Positions 21,488 through 31,497 of a stretch of DNA of 64,000 bases are shown one piece after another. The notes below the pieces were generated by a model. The model saw nothing but the letters and a program-made list of their open reading frames with translations, ran no database searches and had not been told where the DNA came from. The DNA lies in the NCBI GenBank assembly GCA_025359215.1, contig JANYHE010000066.1:8539-72538 (forward strand), given 5' to 3'. This stretch comes from Hyphomicrobiales bacterium (GTDB lineage: Bacteria; Pseudomonadota; Alphaproteobacteria; Rhizobiales; Aestuariivirgaceae). A program made the position numbers and the translations under genes. The number at the start of each line of letters is the position of its first letter. The first letter of the stretch is position 1.

Positions 21488-22197
21488 TTCAATGCGGCTT
21501 TCTGCATTGCGACCAAAGTTTCAATGCCGCCATTGGCGAGACCCAAGAGTTTAAGCAGCATATCTTGACTGAACGGTGCACCTTCGGCCGTGCCTTGCAC
21601 TTCGATTATGCCGCCGGAACCTGTCATCACAAAATTTGCATCAGTCTCGGCAGTTGAGTCTTCAGCATAATCCAAATCCAAAATCGCCTCACCACTATGA
21701 ATACCACAAGAGATAGCTGCGACATGATCTTTAATCGGAGAGACCTTAAACATGTCCCGCGCCATCATCCAAGTGATGCAATCTTGCAAAGCAATAAAAC
21801 TTCCGGTGATGGCTGCTGTGCGCGTGCCACCATCGGCTTGGATCACATCGCAGTCCAAGCTGATTTGGCGTTCACCCAGAGCCCGCATATCAACAACTGC
21901 GCGAAGGGAACGACCGATGAGGCGTTGAATTTCTTGGGTGCGGCCTGATTGTTTGCCGGCCGCTGCTTCACGCTTCATGCGGTCACCCGTGGCGCGGGGC
22001 AGCATGCCATATTCCGCTGTCACCCAGCCCTTGCCGCCGCCTTTAAGCCATGGTGGCACACGCTCTTCAAGAGAGGCCGTGCACAATACATGCGTATCGC
22101 CAAACTTCACAAGGCAAGAGCCTTCAGCATGTTTGCTAACACCGCGTTCAAAGCTAACAGCACGCAGTTCATTATTCTGACGACCCGATGGGCGCAT
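21484..22197 (-). CDS. rph: ribonuclease PH
   Basis: [39 protein letters not shown]. Confidence 0.97.
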   Translation of the reverse strand: MRPSGRQNNELRAVSFERGVSKHAEGSCLVKFGDTHVLCTASLEERVPPWLKGGGKGWVTAEYGMLPRATGDRMKREAAAGKQSGRTQEIQRLIGRSLRAVVDMRALGERQISLDCDVIQADGGTRTAAITGSFIALQDCITWMMARDMFKVSPIKDHVAAISCGIHSGEAILDLDYAEDSTAETDANFVMTGSGGIIEVQGTAEGAPFSQDMLLKLLGLANGGIETLVAMQKAALK

Positions 22198-22254
22198 GGT
22201 ATTCCCTTTCAAATTAGAGCTGCGTTCTAGCTGGGAAATGAGACGGGGGAAAGC

Positions 22255-22764
22255 TTAAAGCTTCTTATAAAACAAGGCCGTGTCTTCCATCTCGCCCGTT
22301 CCAGAATAAGCAAAGCCAGGGTAGTGACCCACACAGGTGTAGCCCAAGGATTTATAGAATGTTTCCACAGGCCCATGGGCAGAGGCGTCAAAGGTGAGAA
22401 GCGTTTGATTAAGTGCTTTAGCCTTGGATTCCACTGCATTCATCAATTCTGTCGCAATCCCTCGCCTCCGGAAATGACGATGGACGAGAAGTTTTGAAAT
22501 ATCACTGTGGTGGGGCTGATTTGGAGCCCAAGCCCTGATCAAAAGCACCACACCAGCAATCACGCCATTCACTTCAGCAACAAGTGGATAAATTTCTCCG
22601 CTAGAAACGCCACTAATTTTGCCTCGCCAAAAATGTTCGGCATCATTTTGTGAAAGGGGTGCGAGAAACGAAACCCCTGCACCAGAGGCCACGGCATCTA
22701 TCAAGATTTCAGCGAAGCGAGGAATGTGTGTTTCAAACTCCGCATCGCTGAAAATTCTAATCAT
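22255..22764 (-). CDS. GNAT N-acetyltransferase (Ttr-like)
   Basis: GAGVSFLAP, NQPH, KLLVH, RRRGIA, FYKSLGY. Confidence 0.85.
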   Translation of the reverse strand: MIRIFSDAEFETHIPRFAEILIDAVASGAGVSFLAPLSQNDAEHFWRGKISGVSSGEIYPLVAEVNGVIAGVVLLIRAWAPNQPHHSDISKLLVHRHFRRRGIATELMNAVESKAKALNQTLLTFDASAHGPVETFYKSLGYTCVGHYPGFAYSGTGEMEDTALFYKKL

Positions 22765-23385
22765 TCAGGCACTCAGAACTTCTATTTTTTCAGGAAGGGA
22801 ATTGGCTTTGAGTTTGTAATAAACTGGAACGCCTGTTTCCAATTCGCGCTTTAAAATCTGCTCCGGTGTCAGGCCTTCAATCGCCATAATAAGCGAACGC
22901 AGCGAATTGCCGTGAGCAGCGACTAAAACGGTTTTGCCTTCCAGCACATGCGGCTGAATCATGTGCATATAATAGGGAAGCGAACGGGCCAACGTGTCTT
23001 TCAACGACTCACCACCGGGAGGCGGCACATCATAAGACCTGCGCCAAATCAACACTTGTTCTTCGCCCCACTTGGCGCGGGCATCATCTTTGTTGAGGCC
23101 TGTGAGCTCACCATAGTCGCGCTCATTCAATGCTTGGTCGCGGGTTTCGGGCAGGCCGGTTTGACCGAGTTCTGCGAGAATAAGCTTTAATGTGTGCTGA
23201 GCGCGGGTGAGTGCAGAAGTAAAGCACATATCAAATTTGAGGCCCTTGGCTTTCAAGCGTTGGCCAGCGGCTTTGGCTTCTTCCACACCTTTGGGGGAGA
23301 GATCAGGGTCTTTCCAACCGGTGAATAGGTTTTTCAAATTCCAATCGCTCTGGCCATGACGGACCAGCACCAAAGTTCCACTCAT
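22765..23385 (-). CDS. gpmA: 2,3-bisphosphoglycerate-dependent phosphoglycerate mutase
   Basis: LVRHGQS, LNERDYG, WRRSY, AHGNSLR. Confidence 0.96.
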   Translation of the reverse strand: MSGTLVLVRHGQSDWNLKNLFTGWKDPDLSPKGVEEAKAAGQRLKAKGLKFDMCFTSALTRAQHTLKLILAELGQTGLPETRDQALNERDYGELTGLNKDDARAKWGEEQVLIWRRSYDVPPPGGESLKDTLARSLPYYMHMIQPHVLEGKTVLVAAHGNSLRSLIMAIEGLTPEQILKRELETGVPVYYKLKANSLPEKIEVLSA

Positions 23386-23387
23386 TC

Positions 23388-24194
23388 TCAATCCAATCCT
23401 AAAACATCATTCATATTGTATAGTCCGGGCTTTTGCCCCTTGCACCACAGGGCTGCTTTCACGGCGCCATAGGCAAATATATCGCGGCTTTCTGCTTTGT
23501 GCGAAAGTTCGATGCGCTCGGCAGCACCGGCAAACATAACAGTGTGGTCACCCACCACTGAACCACCACGCAATGTAGCAAAACCAATGTCGCCAGCAAC
23601 CCGAGCGCCCGTGTGACCATCACGCGAACGCACCGAATGCTGCTTCAAATTAATCTGCCTGCCATCTGCAGCAGCTTGGCCTAATAGAAGAGCGGTGCCC
23701 GATGGTGCATCAATTTTGTGTTTGTGGTGCATTTCCAAAACTTCGATATCGAAGTCATCACCCAAAGCCGCCGCAACTTTCTTGACGATGTTTTCAAGAA
23801 TATTCACACCAAGCGAATAATTACCCGTCTTCATGATTACAGTCGATTTCGCAGCGCTACGGATTATATCCATGCCAGCTTCGTCAATACCTGTTGTTCC
23901 AATCACATGAATTTTTTTCAGAGCCGCAGAATGCGCGACCAAAGCCAATGTGGCGGTAGGCACTGTGAAGTCAATAATGCCATCGACGTTTTCCAACACT
24001 GTTTTGGCATCATGGCTAATTAATATATTTAATGCCCCAATACCTGCGAGCACACCCATATCAACGCCAATATTGGGAGATCCCTTGGCTTCAAGACCGC
24101 CCGCAATTTCGCAGCCCTTGGTTTCATGAACAATGCGCGTCAGCACACGTCCCATCCGGCCGCCAGCTCCGGCTATAGCGAGTTTCATAGTCAT
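23388..24194 (-). CDS. dapB: 4-hydroxy-tetrahydrodipicolinate reductase
   Basis: [26 protein letters not shown]. Confidence 0.97.
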   Translation of the reverse strand: MTMKLAIAGAGGRMGRVLTRIVHETKGCEIAGGLEAKGSPNIGVDMGVLAGIGALNILISHDAKTVLENVDGIIDFTVPTATLALVAHSAALKKIHVIGTTGIDEAGMDIIRSAAKSTVIMKTGNYSLGVNILENIVKKVAAALGDDFDIEVLEMHHKHKIDAPSGTALLLGQAAADGRQINLKQHSVRSRDGHTGARVAGDIGFATLRGGSVVGDHTVMFAGAAERIELSHKAESRDIFAYGAVKAALWCKGQKPGLYNMNDVLGLD

Positions 24195-24239
24195 GTGTTC
24201 GGTTTAGCAATGAGAAATGAGAATTGGAAGTGTTGCTGT

Positions 24240-24268
24240 TATCCCTCCTCATAGGTTGAGGAGGGATA
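24240..24268. other. perfect 12-bp inverted repeat (hairpin) between the DUF1508 gene and dapB
   Basis: TATCCCTCCTCA-taggt-TGAGGAGGGATA. There is no clear U-tract on the minus strand. Confidence 0.7.
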
Positions 24269-24275
24269 TGAAAAA

Positions 24276-24581
24276 TTAACCTGTATATCCATTCATCTTA
24301 GCGTTGTTCTTGGAGCCTGATGGTGAAGCAAAACCTTCGGTGGCTTTACCCACTTGTTTGCCATTGGCTTTAGAAAAACAGCGCCAACGGCTTTCGCCTC
24401 TAACGTCTTTGTAGAATTCCCATTTGTCACCACTGGTGTCGCGGTTGGCATTGGCTTCACAATCTTTCTTGGCTTTATAGCTTTCGGAAGATGCGCCTAC
24501 AATTTCACCATTCGAGGCGGTGCGGCGCCAACGAAATTCGCCGCGCTTGTCTTTGTAAACGACCAGTTCATAATCTGCCAT
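24276..24581 (-). CDS. tandem DUF1508/YegP-like small protein
   Basis: Two repeats: YKDKRGEFRWRRTASNGEIVGASSESY and YKDVRGESRWRCFSKANGKQVGKATEGF. ATG 24581 has a CAGGGGA RBS. Confidence 0.8.
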   Translation of the reverse strand: MADYELVVYKDKRGEFRWRRTASNGEIVGASSESYKAKKDCEANANRDTSGDKWEFYKDVRGESRWRCFSKANGKQVGKATEGFASPSGSKNNAKMNGYTG

Positions 24582-24661
24582 CTTGAAGTCCCCTGTTTGA
24601 TCCGTCTGATATGCGGATTCAGGGTGCAAACATGATACGAGTTTAAGAAATTGTCTAGAGG

Positions 24662-25237
24662 TTAGGCTTCAGCTTTTGAAACGCCAACCATGGCCGGACG
24701 CAGGCAACGATCACCTACAGCGTAACCAGGCTGTAACTCCTGCATCACAATTCCGGGAGGTTTTTCTGAGGTTGGAACTTCAAAAATCGCTTGATGATAA
24801 TTAGGGTCAAATTTCTGGCCCACAGTTTCCAGTTTGCGAATGCCGTGGCGTTGGAACACTTGCAACAACTCGCGCTCGGTGACTTCCACACCGGAGATTA
24901 AATTTTGCTCGGCTTCTCCAGCGCGGTCACGCTCTTCAGCGGGCAAAGCTTGCAATGCACGGCCCAGATTATCCGACACGCTCAGCAAATCACGGGCAAA
25001 ATTTGTGGCCGCATAAAGTGTGGCTTCCGCCTTTTCGCGCTCCGTGCGCTTGCGCAAGTTTTCCATTTCAGCGGCAAGCCGTAATAGGCGATCTTTGGAG
25101 GCCGCTACTTCCTCTTTGAGAGCAGCAATTTCAGTATCGCGTGGATCGGCTGCTTCTGTTTCTAATGCTTGGTTCAGAGCGTCAGCCGCCAAGATTTCGT
25201 CGGCGCTTGCTTCAGCTTTATTTTGGTCATCAGTCAT
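24662..25237 (-). CDS. grpE: nucleotide exchange factor GrpE
   Basis: [33 protein letters not shown]. Start at ATG 25237. Confidence 0.96.
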   Translation of the reverse strand: MTDDQNKAEASADEILAADALNQALETEAADPRDTEIAALKEEVAASKDRLLRLAAEMENLRKRTEREKAEATLYAATNFARDLLSVSDNLGRALQALPAEERDRAGEAEQNLISGVEVTERELLQVFQRHGIRKLETVGQKFDPNYHQAIFEVPTSEKPPGIVMQELQPGYAVGDRCLRPAMVGVSKAEA

Positions 25238-25271
25238 GAGGGTATCCGGTTCAAAGTGATTTATAAATGCG

Positions 25272-25300
25272 ATATCGGCGGAAAGGTTGCAAAAATCAAG
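25272..25300 (-). promoter_or_regulatory. RpoH (sigma32)-type promoter for grpE
   Basis: Minus strand CTTGAT-N16-CCGATAT, close to the alphaproteobacterial RpoH consensus CTTGAA-N15/16-CCTATAT. It overlaps the hrcA stop codon. Confidence 0.6.
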
Positions 25301-26387
25301 AGAGCAATCGTCCAACTACCTTGGCGGTGTAATCCACCATTGGAATAATGCGGGCATAATTCAGCCGGGTGGGGCCAATGATGCCGAGCACGCCAACGAT
25401 TTTTTCCTCATCATTTTTGAATGGCGCTACTATCAACGACGAGCCGGACATGGAAAAAAGCTTGTTTTCGGAGCCTATAAAAATCCGAACCCCTTCCGCT
25501 TTTTCGGCAAGGCCTAGAATATCCACAAGGTCGCGCTTGTTTTCAATATCATCAAACAGTTTGCGAATGCGCTCAAGATCAGCCAGCGCACCCGGTTGTT
25601 CCAAAAGATTAGCTTGGCCTTTGACAATGAGATTTTTGGAATCAGGATCATTGCTGCCAGACCACACAGCCATTCCCGTTTCCACCAATCGGGCTGAAAG
25701 ATCATCCAACTCAGTACGCAATCCCAGCATTTCAGCAGCAACTAACTTTTGCACTTCATCAATGCTGCGGCCCTGGCCTTTGGCAGAGAGATAGTTGGTG
25801 GCTCGGATAAAGACTGAAGCTGGAAGCCCCGCTGGAACCTCAATCACCCGGTTTTCAACCGAACCATCTTCACTCACCAAAATCACCAGCGCTCGACCCG
25901 GAGCAAGATTGACAAATTCGATATGCTTCAATTTGCTGTTGAACTTTGGCGACATCACAACGCCTGCACATTGAGATAGCCCTGAGAGCATGGTCGATGC
26001 TTCACCCAACACATCTTCATAACGGCGGTTACGATTAGAAGCTTTTACCTGGGCGTCGATATTGGCGCGTTCCACGGAGTTGATCGCACCCACTTCGAGC
26101 AGCGCATCCACAAAAAAGCGTAGCCCCGCTTCCGTGGGCATGCGACCAGCGGAAGTGTGAGGGGAATAGATGAGGCCTGAATCTTCCAAATCCATCATCA
26201 CGTTTCTGATGGAGGCGGGAGACAGGCCCGATGGCAAGGCCTTGGAAATGGAGCGTGAACCCACAGGTTCGCCCGTTTCCAAATAAGTATCGACAAGTTT
26301 ACGGAAAATTTCACGGCTCCGCTGGTCAAGACCAGCGATGCCGGAGAGTTTTTCGTCAAGAAACGGTTTGGGCGGAATAATGGACAT
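25296..26387 (-). CDS. hrcA: heat-inducible transcription repressor
   Basis: [41 protein letters not shown]. Confidence 0.96.
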   Translation of the reverse strand: MSIIPPKPFLDEKLSGIAGLDQRSREIFRKLVDTYLETGEPVGSRSISKALPSGLSPASIRNVMMDLEDSGLIYSPHTSAGRMPTEAGLRFFVDALLEVGAINSVERANIDAQVKASNRNRRYEDVLGEASTMLSGLSQCAGVVMSPKFNSKLKHIEFVNLAPGRALVILVSEDGSVENRVIEVPAGLPASVFIRATNYLSAKGQGRSIDEVQKLVAAEMLGLRTELDDLSARLVETGMAVWSGSNDPDSKNLIVKGQANLLEQPGALADLERIRKLFDDIENKRDLVDILGLAEKAEGVRIFIGSENKLFSMSGSSLIVAPFKNDEEKIVGVLGIIGPTRLNYARIIPMVDYTAKVVGRLLS

Positions 26388-26411
26388 GCAGTCTATATAG
26401 TGTGGAAACCA

Positions 26412-27260
26412 CTATCCCGCCAGTTGCCCGGCTTCCCAGCCCAAAATGGCCCGTTTGCGAGTGAGGCCCCAATGATAGCCGGTAATATCACCTGATTTTC
26501 CCATCACGCGGTGGCAAGGCACAACGAATGAAATGGGGTTTCGTCCTACAGCAGCCCCCACGGCTCTGGCGGCTTTGGGCTTTTGAATTGAGGTGGCAAG
26601 ATCACCATAAGAAACCGCACGGCCCATGGGTATTTTCAGCAAAGATTCCCACACCCGAATTTCAAAATCGCTGCCAATAAAGGTGATGCGCAAAGGTTGA
26701 CCATCGCGCCACTTATCTGGAGCAAATATTCGCGCGGCATAGGGCGCTGTTTGTGCGGAATCTTCCATATAATGGGCGTTTGGCCACCGCCGCTGCAAAT
26801 CATAAAGGGCTGCTGCCTGCCCGCCTTCATCACAAAACCCCATGCCACAAAGCCCATGTGGTGTCACCATCACCACAGCCAAACCAAAAGGCGAGGGGTG
26901 AAAACCGTAGTTGATTGTGAGGCCTGAACCTTTGGATTTGTAAGCGCCTGGCGACATGCCTTCATGCGTGACAAAAAGATCGTGCAAGCGACCGGGGCCG
27001 GACATGCCAACCTCGTAGGATGTTTCCAAGATTGTCGCAGAATCTTTTAACATGGCGCGGGCATGATCAAGTGTTAGCGCTTGCAGAAAAGCTTTTGGTG
27101 TCAGCCCAGCCCAGCGGGTGAACAGGTGTTGGAGCTGATCAGCAGTCATGCCAACCGGTGCCGCCAAATCTTCAAGGGAAGGTTGATCACGCCAATTTTC
27201 GTAAAGATAAGCCAAAACGGCCTGCACTTTCTCATAGTCTTCAAGAGATGAATGTTTCAT
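26412..27260 (-). CDS. AraC-HTH / O6-methylguanine-DNA methyltransferase (Ada-like, lacking the N-terminal Zn domain)
   Basis: LFTRWAGLTPKAF, GRLHDLFV; C-terminal RAVG, NPISFVVPCHRV. Confidence 0.9.
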   Translation of the reverse strand: MKHSSLEDYEKVQAVLAYLYENWRDQPSLEDLAAPVGMTADQLQHLFTRWAGLTPKAFLQALTLDHARAMLKDSATILETSYEVGMSGPGRLHDLFVTHEGMSPGAYKSKGSGLTINYGFHPSPFGLAVVMVTPHGLCGMGFCDEGGQAAALYDLQRRWPNAHYMEDSAQTAPYAARIFAPDKWRDGQPLRITFIGSDFEIRVWESLLKIPMGRAVSYGDLATSIQKPKAARAVGAAVGRNPISFVVPCHRVMGKSGDITGYHWGLTRKRAILGWEAGQLAG

Positions 27261-27308
27261 GGTTTGAAACTAGAACAGAGCCCGCTTTCAATCCACCCGT
27301 TTTACGGA

Positions 27309-27785
27309 TCAGATTTTTGGACTGGCTATCGCACGTTTGAGCTCAATGGCGAGCGACTCACGCTCTTCGGCCCCCAAAAACGAAGCGATCTCCGTTGCCT
27401 TCCCACTCGACACCAAAAGCAACCGACCAACAATTTCGCGGGCCTGATCATATTCAAGAACAACACGCAACCATCGCCGGTTAAAACTCCTTTCAGTTGG
27501 GCGCTCTTGCCTCGTTTGCTTGAGCAAAGTGACTTCATCGCCATTAATGACAATGCGCTCTGAACACTGGGCTGCCCTGTTGTTGGCCTTAAAAGCCCAC
27601 CACACCATAGCGACATCCGAACCCAGAAAGCCAAACACGGGCCAAGCGCCAAGCTTATAAAAAAATGCGGCTATGATCAGGTTAAGAACAATCACCCATG
27701 CAAACAAAATTTTAAACGCTGGGCCGTTCAGCGAACGATGTGGCGTTAAAGTAACTGACCATGTTTTGGTGTCTTGTGCATTCAT
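27309..27785 (-). CDS. DUF2244 family membrane protein
   Basis: LTPHRSL, GAWPVFGFLG, EIASFL; typical divergent neighbour of nth. Confidence 0.8.
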   Translation of the reverse strand: MNAQDTKTWSVTLTPHRSLNGPAFKILFAWVIVLNLIIAAFFYKLGAWPVFGFLGSDVAMVWWAFKANNRAAQCSERIVINGDEVTLLKQTRQERPTERSFNRRWLRVVLEYDQAREIVGRLLLVSSGKATEIASFLGAEERESLAIELKRAIASPKI

Positions 27786-27836
27786 AGATAAACTCTACGA
27801 TAAGTGCTTCAATTCAGACCAGTGACAGAGTGAACC

Positions 27837-28490
27837 ATGCCCCGCCGCCTTAAAGCCCCTGACATCGAAGAAATTTTCAAACGCTTCCACGCCGCCAACC
27901 CCGAACCAAAAGGTGAGCTTCATTCAGTGAATGATTTTACGTTATTGGTGGCCGTGGTACTTTCGGCACAAGCAACAGACGAGAGCGTGAACAAAGCCAC
28001 CAAACCGCTTTTTGCCAAAGCTGACACACCTGAAAAGATAGTTACCTTGGGCGAAGAGAAACTGCGCGAGGCCATCAAAACCATCGGCCTTTATAAAATG
28101 AAAGCCAAAAATGTGATCGAGCTTTCGCAAGCGCTAATTACCAAACACGGCAGCAAGGTTCCTTCGACGCGTGAAGAACTGGAAGCCCTTTCAGGTGTGG
28201 GTCGCAAAACTGCAAATGTGGTTTTGAACACTATTTTCGGTGAGCCCACGATTGCTGTTGACACGCATTTGTATCGATTGGGAAATCGCATCAGTTTTGC
28301 GAGCGGCAAAACGCCAATGGAAGTTGAAACGAAACTTCTAAAAGTTATTCCAAAACATTATCTGCAGCACGCTCACCATTGGTTGATTTTGCACGGGCGT
28401 TATGTGTGCAAGGCGCGCAAACCGGAATGCTGGCGTTGCGCTATTAATGATATCTGCCAATTTAAGCCGAAGAGCGCTGCACCGCTTTAA
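27837..28490 (+). CDS. nth: endonuclease III
   Basis: LSAQATD, GVGRKTANVVL, AVDTH, CKARKPECWRC...C Fe-S motif. Confidence 0.96.
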   Translation: MPRRLKAPDIEEIFKRFHAANPEPKGELHSVNDFTLLVAVVLSAQATDESVNKATKPLFAKADTPEKIVTLGEEKLREAIKTIGLYKMKAKNVIELSQALITKHGSKVPSTREELEALSGVGRKTANVVLNTIFGEPTIAVDTHLYRLGNRISFASGKTPMEVETKLLKVIPKHYLQHAHHWLILHGRYVCKARKPECWRCAINDICQFKPKSAAPL

Positions 28491-29127
28491 AAATATGCAC
28501 AAAGAATGATGTGGCAAACAGGGGCACCATGAGATTGACAAGAGGGATCATGGCCAGCGCTGCTGGAATAACACCTGCCAAATAGATTTTAACAAAATTC
28601 TTTTTGCGAAGGGCACTGGCAGCCGATGGTGACATGAACCGCGTGGCGGCCATTTCAAAATATTCGCGGCTCAGCAAATAAGCATTGCTCGCCAGAATAA
28701 GAATGAGCCCAAACCCGGCAAAGAACACCAGCGGAAACACTGCAATATTCACAATGAGTGCAATAATCGCAAATTGAATGCCAAACAACAAAGCCTTGAA
28801 TGTGGACAGTGCCGAGCCCTTTTTGTCCTGCGGATAATGGCGCTGCTCAACACGGGAGGCTATCCAATCCAGAAATAATCCGGCAAATATCGCTGTGACA
28901 GGCGCCATAAGAAAGAAGAAGGCCGCGATCAATCCAATGCCAGTGCCCAGTGCGATCACTGTTTGCAGCCATGGCCAAGGCACCAGCGTGAGAAATGATA
29001 ATAGAGTTTCAACAGCCACGAACACAGCAATGAATAAACCCAAAGTGAGGCCAATTGATTTCCACAACACGCCGCGAAATTCGGGTGAAGTGACATCGTT
29101 CAGAGCTTTGAAAAACGCGTTGATCAT
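28462..29127 (-). CDS. EI24/CysZ-like membrane protein
   Basis: APVTAIFAGLFLD, YLLSREYFE. Confidence 0.75.
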   Translation of the reverse strand: MINAFFKALNDVTSPEFRGVLWKSIGLTLGLFIAVFVAVETLLSFLTLVPWPWLQTVIALGTGIGLIAAFFFLMAPVTAIFAGLFLDWIASRVEQRHYPQDKKGSALSTFKALLFGIQFAIIALIVNIAVFPLVFFAGFGLILILASNAYLLSREYFEMAATRFMSPSAASALRKKNFVKIYLAGVIPAALAMIPLVNLMVPLFATSFFVHIFKAVQRSSA

Positions 29128-29209
29128 GGTGGATTGAAGTAAGGGTCCTATCTTGTTTCTGCAAGGGTGTTGGGCTAGTGGGGCTCAAACAACTTTGGAA
29201 TTCGCGAAA

Positions 29210-30205
29210 ATGAATAGAGCACAATTTGACGTTTTGACGATTGGAAATGCCATTGTCGATGTAATTGCCCAAGTCGATGACACCTTTGTTGAGCGTGAAA
29301 AATTGGTGAAAGGTTCAATGAACCTGATTGATGAAGATCGAGCGGAACATCTTTATGGGGCCATGGGTCCTGCAACTGAAATTTCCGGTGGATCGGCTGG
29401 AAACACGGCAGCAGGTGTTGCTAATTTTGGCGGACGTGCTGCCTATTTCGGTAAAGTTAAAGACGATCAACTTGGCGGCATTTATCGCCACGACATGCGA
29501 GCGCAAGGTGTGGCATTCAATACCCCAGCAGCAAAAGAAGGGCCTGCAACTGCGCGTTCTTTTATTCTCGTGACCCCTGATGCCGAACGCACCATGAACA
29601 CATATTTGGGCGCATGCGTGAACCTCTCAACGGCTGACATCGACGCTGAAATTGTGAAATCATCTGCCGTAACTTACATGGAAGGTTATTTATGGGATAA
29701 GCCTGAAGCCAAGGAAGCTTTTCGCCTTGCGGCCCAAATTGCCCGCGCTTCTGGTCAATTAACCTCCATCACGCTCTCGGATTCTTTTTGTGTGGAACGC
29801 CACAGAGATAGTTTTCTTGATCTCATCCGCAGCCACATTGATATTGTGTTTGCCAATGAAAGCGAGATTAAGTCACTTTATAAAACGCAAAATTTTGATG
29901 GTGCGGTAGCCGCAATTCGGCGTGATTGCCCTATGGCGGCTTTAACGCGCTCAGAAAAGGGATCGCTCATCGTGCGTGGTGGTGAAACTGTTGAGTCTCA
30001 GGCGCTGCCGGTCTCAAAAGTGGTTGATGTGACCGGTGCTGGCGACCTTTATGCTGCTGGCTTTTTGTTTGGCTTTACCCAGAAACTGGCGCTGCAACAG
30101 TGTGCTGTTCTTGGTAGTTTGGCGGCGGCCGAAGTGATTTCTCACACAGGCGCCAGACCTGAAATTGATCTGGGCGCCCATGCAAAGAAGCTAGGTTTGA
30201 TTTAG
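29210..30205 (+). CDS. PfkB-family carbohydrate/adenosine kinase
   Basis: IGNAIVD, SGGSAGNT, ERTMNTYLG, DVTGAGDLYAAGF. Start at ATG 29210. Confidence 0.9.
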   Translation: MNRAQFDVLTIGNAIVDVIAQVDDTFVEREKLVKGSMNLIDEDRAEHLYGAMGPATEISGGSAGNTAAGVANFGGRAAYFGKVKDDQLGGIYRHDMRAQGVAFNTPAAKEGPATARSFILVTPDAERTMNTYLGACVNLSTADIDAEIVKSSAVTYMEGYLWDKPEAKEAFRLAAQIARASGQLTSITLSDSFCVERHRDSFLDLIRSHIDIVFANESEIKSLYKTQNFDGAVAAIRRDCPMAALTRSEKGSLIVRGGETVESQALPVSKVVDVTGAGDLYAAGFLFGFTQKLALQQCAVLGSLAAAEVISHTGARPEIDLGAHAKKLGLI

Positions 30206-30357
30206 ACCTTCAGGCTTGAACCAATTTTGTTGAATTTTGTGGTCATGGCCGTGGTGATGTAAGGCATGGCTAAAAGCAGGCAAACTGACATTGCAGCCGC
30301 AATCAATCCGTATTCAATCGCCGTTGCGCCAGAATCGTTTTTAAGAAATGATTTCAT
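30202..30357 (-). CDS. Flp/Fap type IVb pilin (51 aa); not in ORF track
   Basis: MKSFLKNDSG/ATAIEYGLIAAAMSVCLLLAMPYITTAMTTKFNKIGSSLKV*; GATAIEY Flp motif; GGAG RBS. Confidence 0.9.
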   Translation of the reverse strand: MKSFLKNDSGATAIEYGLIAAAMSVCLLLAMPYITTAMTTKFNKIGSSLKV

Positions 30358-30380
30358 AGCTTTAACTCCAGAAAATTGGA

Positions 30381-30536
30381 CTAGATTTTTAAACTCGAGC
30401 CAATCGAGCTAAACTTGGTTGATAAAGCTGTTGTGATATATGGTTCAAAAATTAGGATCGCGACTGCCATTGCGGCGGCAATCAATCCATATTCAATGGC
30501 AGTTGCGCCAGATTGGTCTTTAATAAATTTTTTCAT
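30381..30536 (-). CDS. Flp/Fap type IVb pilin (51 aa); not in ORF track
   Basis: MKKFIKDQSG/ATAIEYGLIAAAMAVAILIFEPYITTALSTKFSSIGSSLKI*; GGAG RBS. Confidence 0.9.
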   Translation of the reverse strand: MKKFIKDQSGATAIEYGLIAAAMAVAILIFEPYITTALSTKFSSIGSSLKI

Positions 30537-30589
30537 CTCACAAACTCCACTTACCATAAATTCAGCAGCCCTTAGTGACCCAACACAAG

Positions 30590-30698
30590 GTTACGGATAG
30601 TTTAGGTCGCATTAAAGAAAGGTAAATGACCGCGCGCTACAAATAAATTTGCACGTCTTGCGCGAGTTTATCCGCTTTTAGGTCAACATGAGGTTAAC
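30590..30698. promoter_or_regulatory. three degenerate CtrA-like boxes upstream of the pilins
   Basis: Against TTAA-N7-TTAA(C): GTTAC-GGATAGT-TTAG (30590-30605), TTAA-AGAAAGG-TAAA (30612-30626), TCAA-CATGAGG-TTAAC (30683-30698); 1-2 mismatches each. Confidence 0.45.
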
Positions 30699-30839
30699 AC
30701 TCATGCCCTTGCCAATAGACCACAATTCTGCTTTATCCAGCCATATCTCCGCTTCAATGCAGAGGTTTCACGTCGCCTGGCCTGTTAGGGCATGCCATGG
30801 CGACTATTTTAATGCTATAACTACAAGGACTTAAGCAAA

Positions 30840-31040
30840 ATGCCCAAAATGAAGACGAAGTCGTCTTGCAAGAAGCGGTTTAAAATGACTGCCTCCGGCA
30901 AGCTGCGCGCTGGTGCTGCTGGCAAACGCCACGGCATGATCAAGCGCTCGAACAAAACCATTCGCAACCAACGTGGCACAATGATTCTCGCTTCAGGTGA
31001 TGCAAACCTGCTCCGCGTTCACATGCCTTACGCTCGCTAA
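30840..31040 (+). CDS. rpmI: 50S ribosomal protein L35
   Basis: [19 protein letters not shown]. Confidence 0.97.
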   Translation: MPKMKTKSSCKKRFKMTASGKLRAGAAGKRHGMIKRSNKTIRNQRGTMILASGDANLLRVHMPYAR

Positions 31041-31053
31041 GGGAGGGATATAA

Positions 31054-31413
31054 ATGTCTCGTACCAAAGGCGGCGTTGTTGCCCGCAAATCACACAAAAA
31101 AGTCATTAAGGCTGCGAAAGGTTATTTCAACCGTCGCAAAAACATTTTCCGCGTTGCCGTTCAGGCCGTGGAAAAAGCTGGCCAATATGCTTACCGCGAT
31201 CGCCGCACCAAGAAGCGCAACTTCCGCGCTTTGTGGATTCAGCGCATCAATGCGGCAACCCGTGAACTCGGCATGACTTATGGCCGATTTATTTATGGCC
31301 TGGACAAGGCCGGGATCGAAGTGGACCGCAAGGTTCTGGCTGATCTTGCTGTGCATGATGCAGCGTCTTTCGCTGTTCTGGTTGAAAAAGCCAAGGCTGC
31401 GCAAGCAGCTTAA
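31054..31413 (+). CDS. rplT: 50S ribosomal protein L20
   Basis: [33 protein letters not shown]. Confidence 0.98.
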   Translation: MSRTKGGVVARKSHKKVIKAAKGYFNRRKNIFRVAVQAVEKAGQYAYRDRRTKKRNFRALWIQRINAATRELGMTYGRFIYGLDKAGIEVDRKVLADLAVHDAASFAVLVEKAKAAQAA

Positions 31414-31437
31414 TTAAGTACAGTCTTTCGGACTCTT

Positions 31438-31487
31438 GACCGGGCATTTTTAGCGTTTACACGCTAGGTGTCCGGTCTTTTCATTTT
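31438..31487 (+). terminator. hairpin with T-rich tail between rplT and pheS
   Basis: GACCGGGCA..TAGCGT-ttac-ACGCTA..TGTCCGGTC followed by TTTTCATTTT. Confidence 0.45.
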
Positions 31488-31497
31488 CAGGAATAGC

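Noticed and set aside
30415-30600. ORF-track 61-aa plus-strand ORF
   Set aside because: It is the antisense shadow of the real minus-strand Flp pilin.
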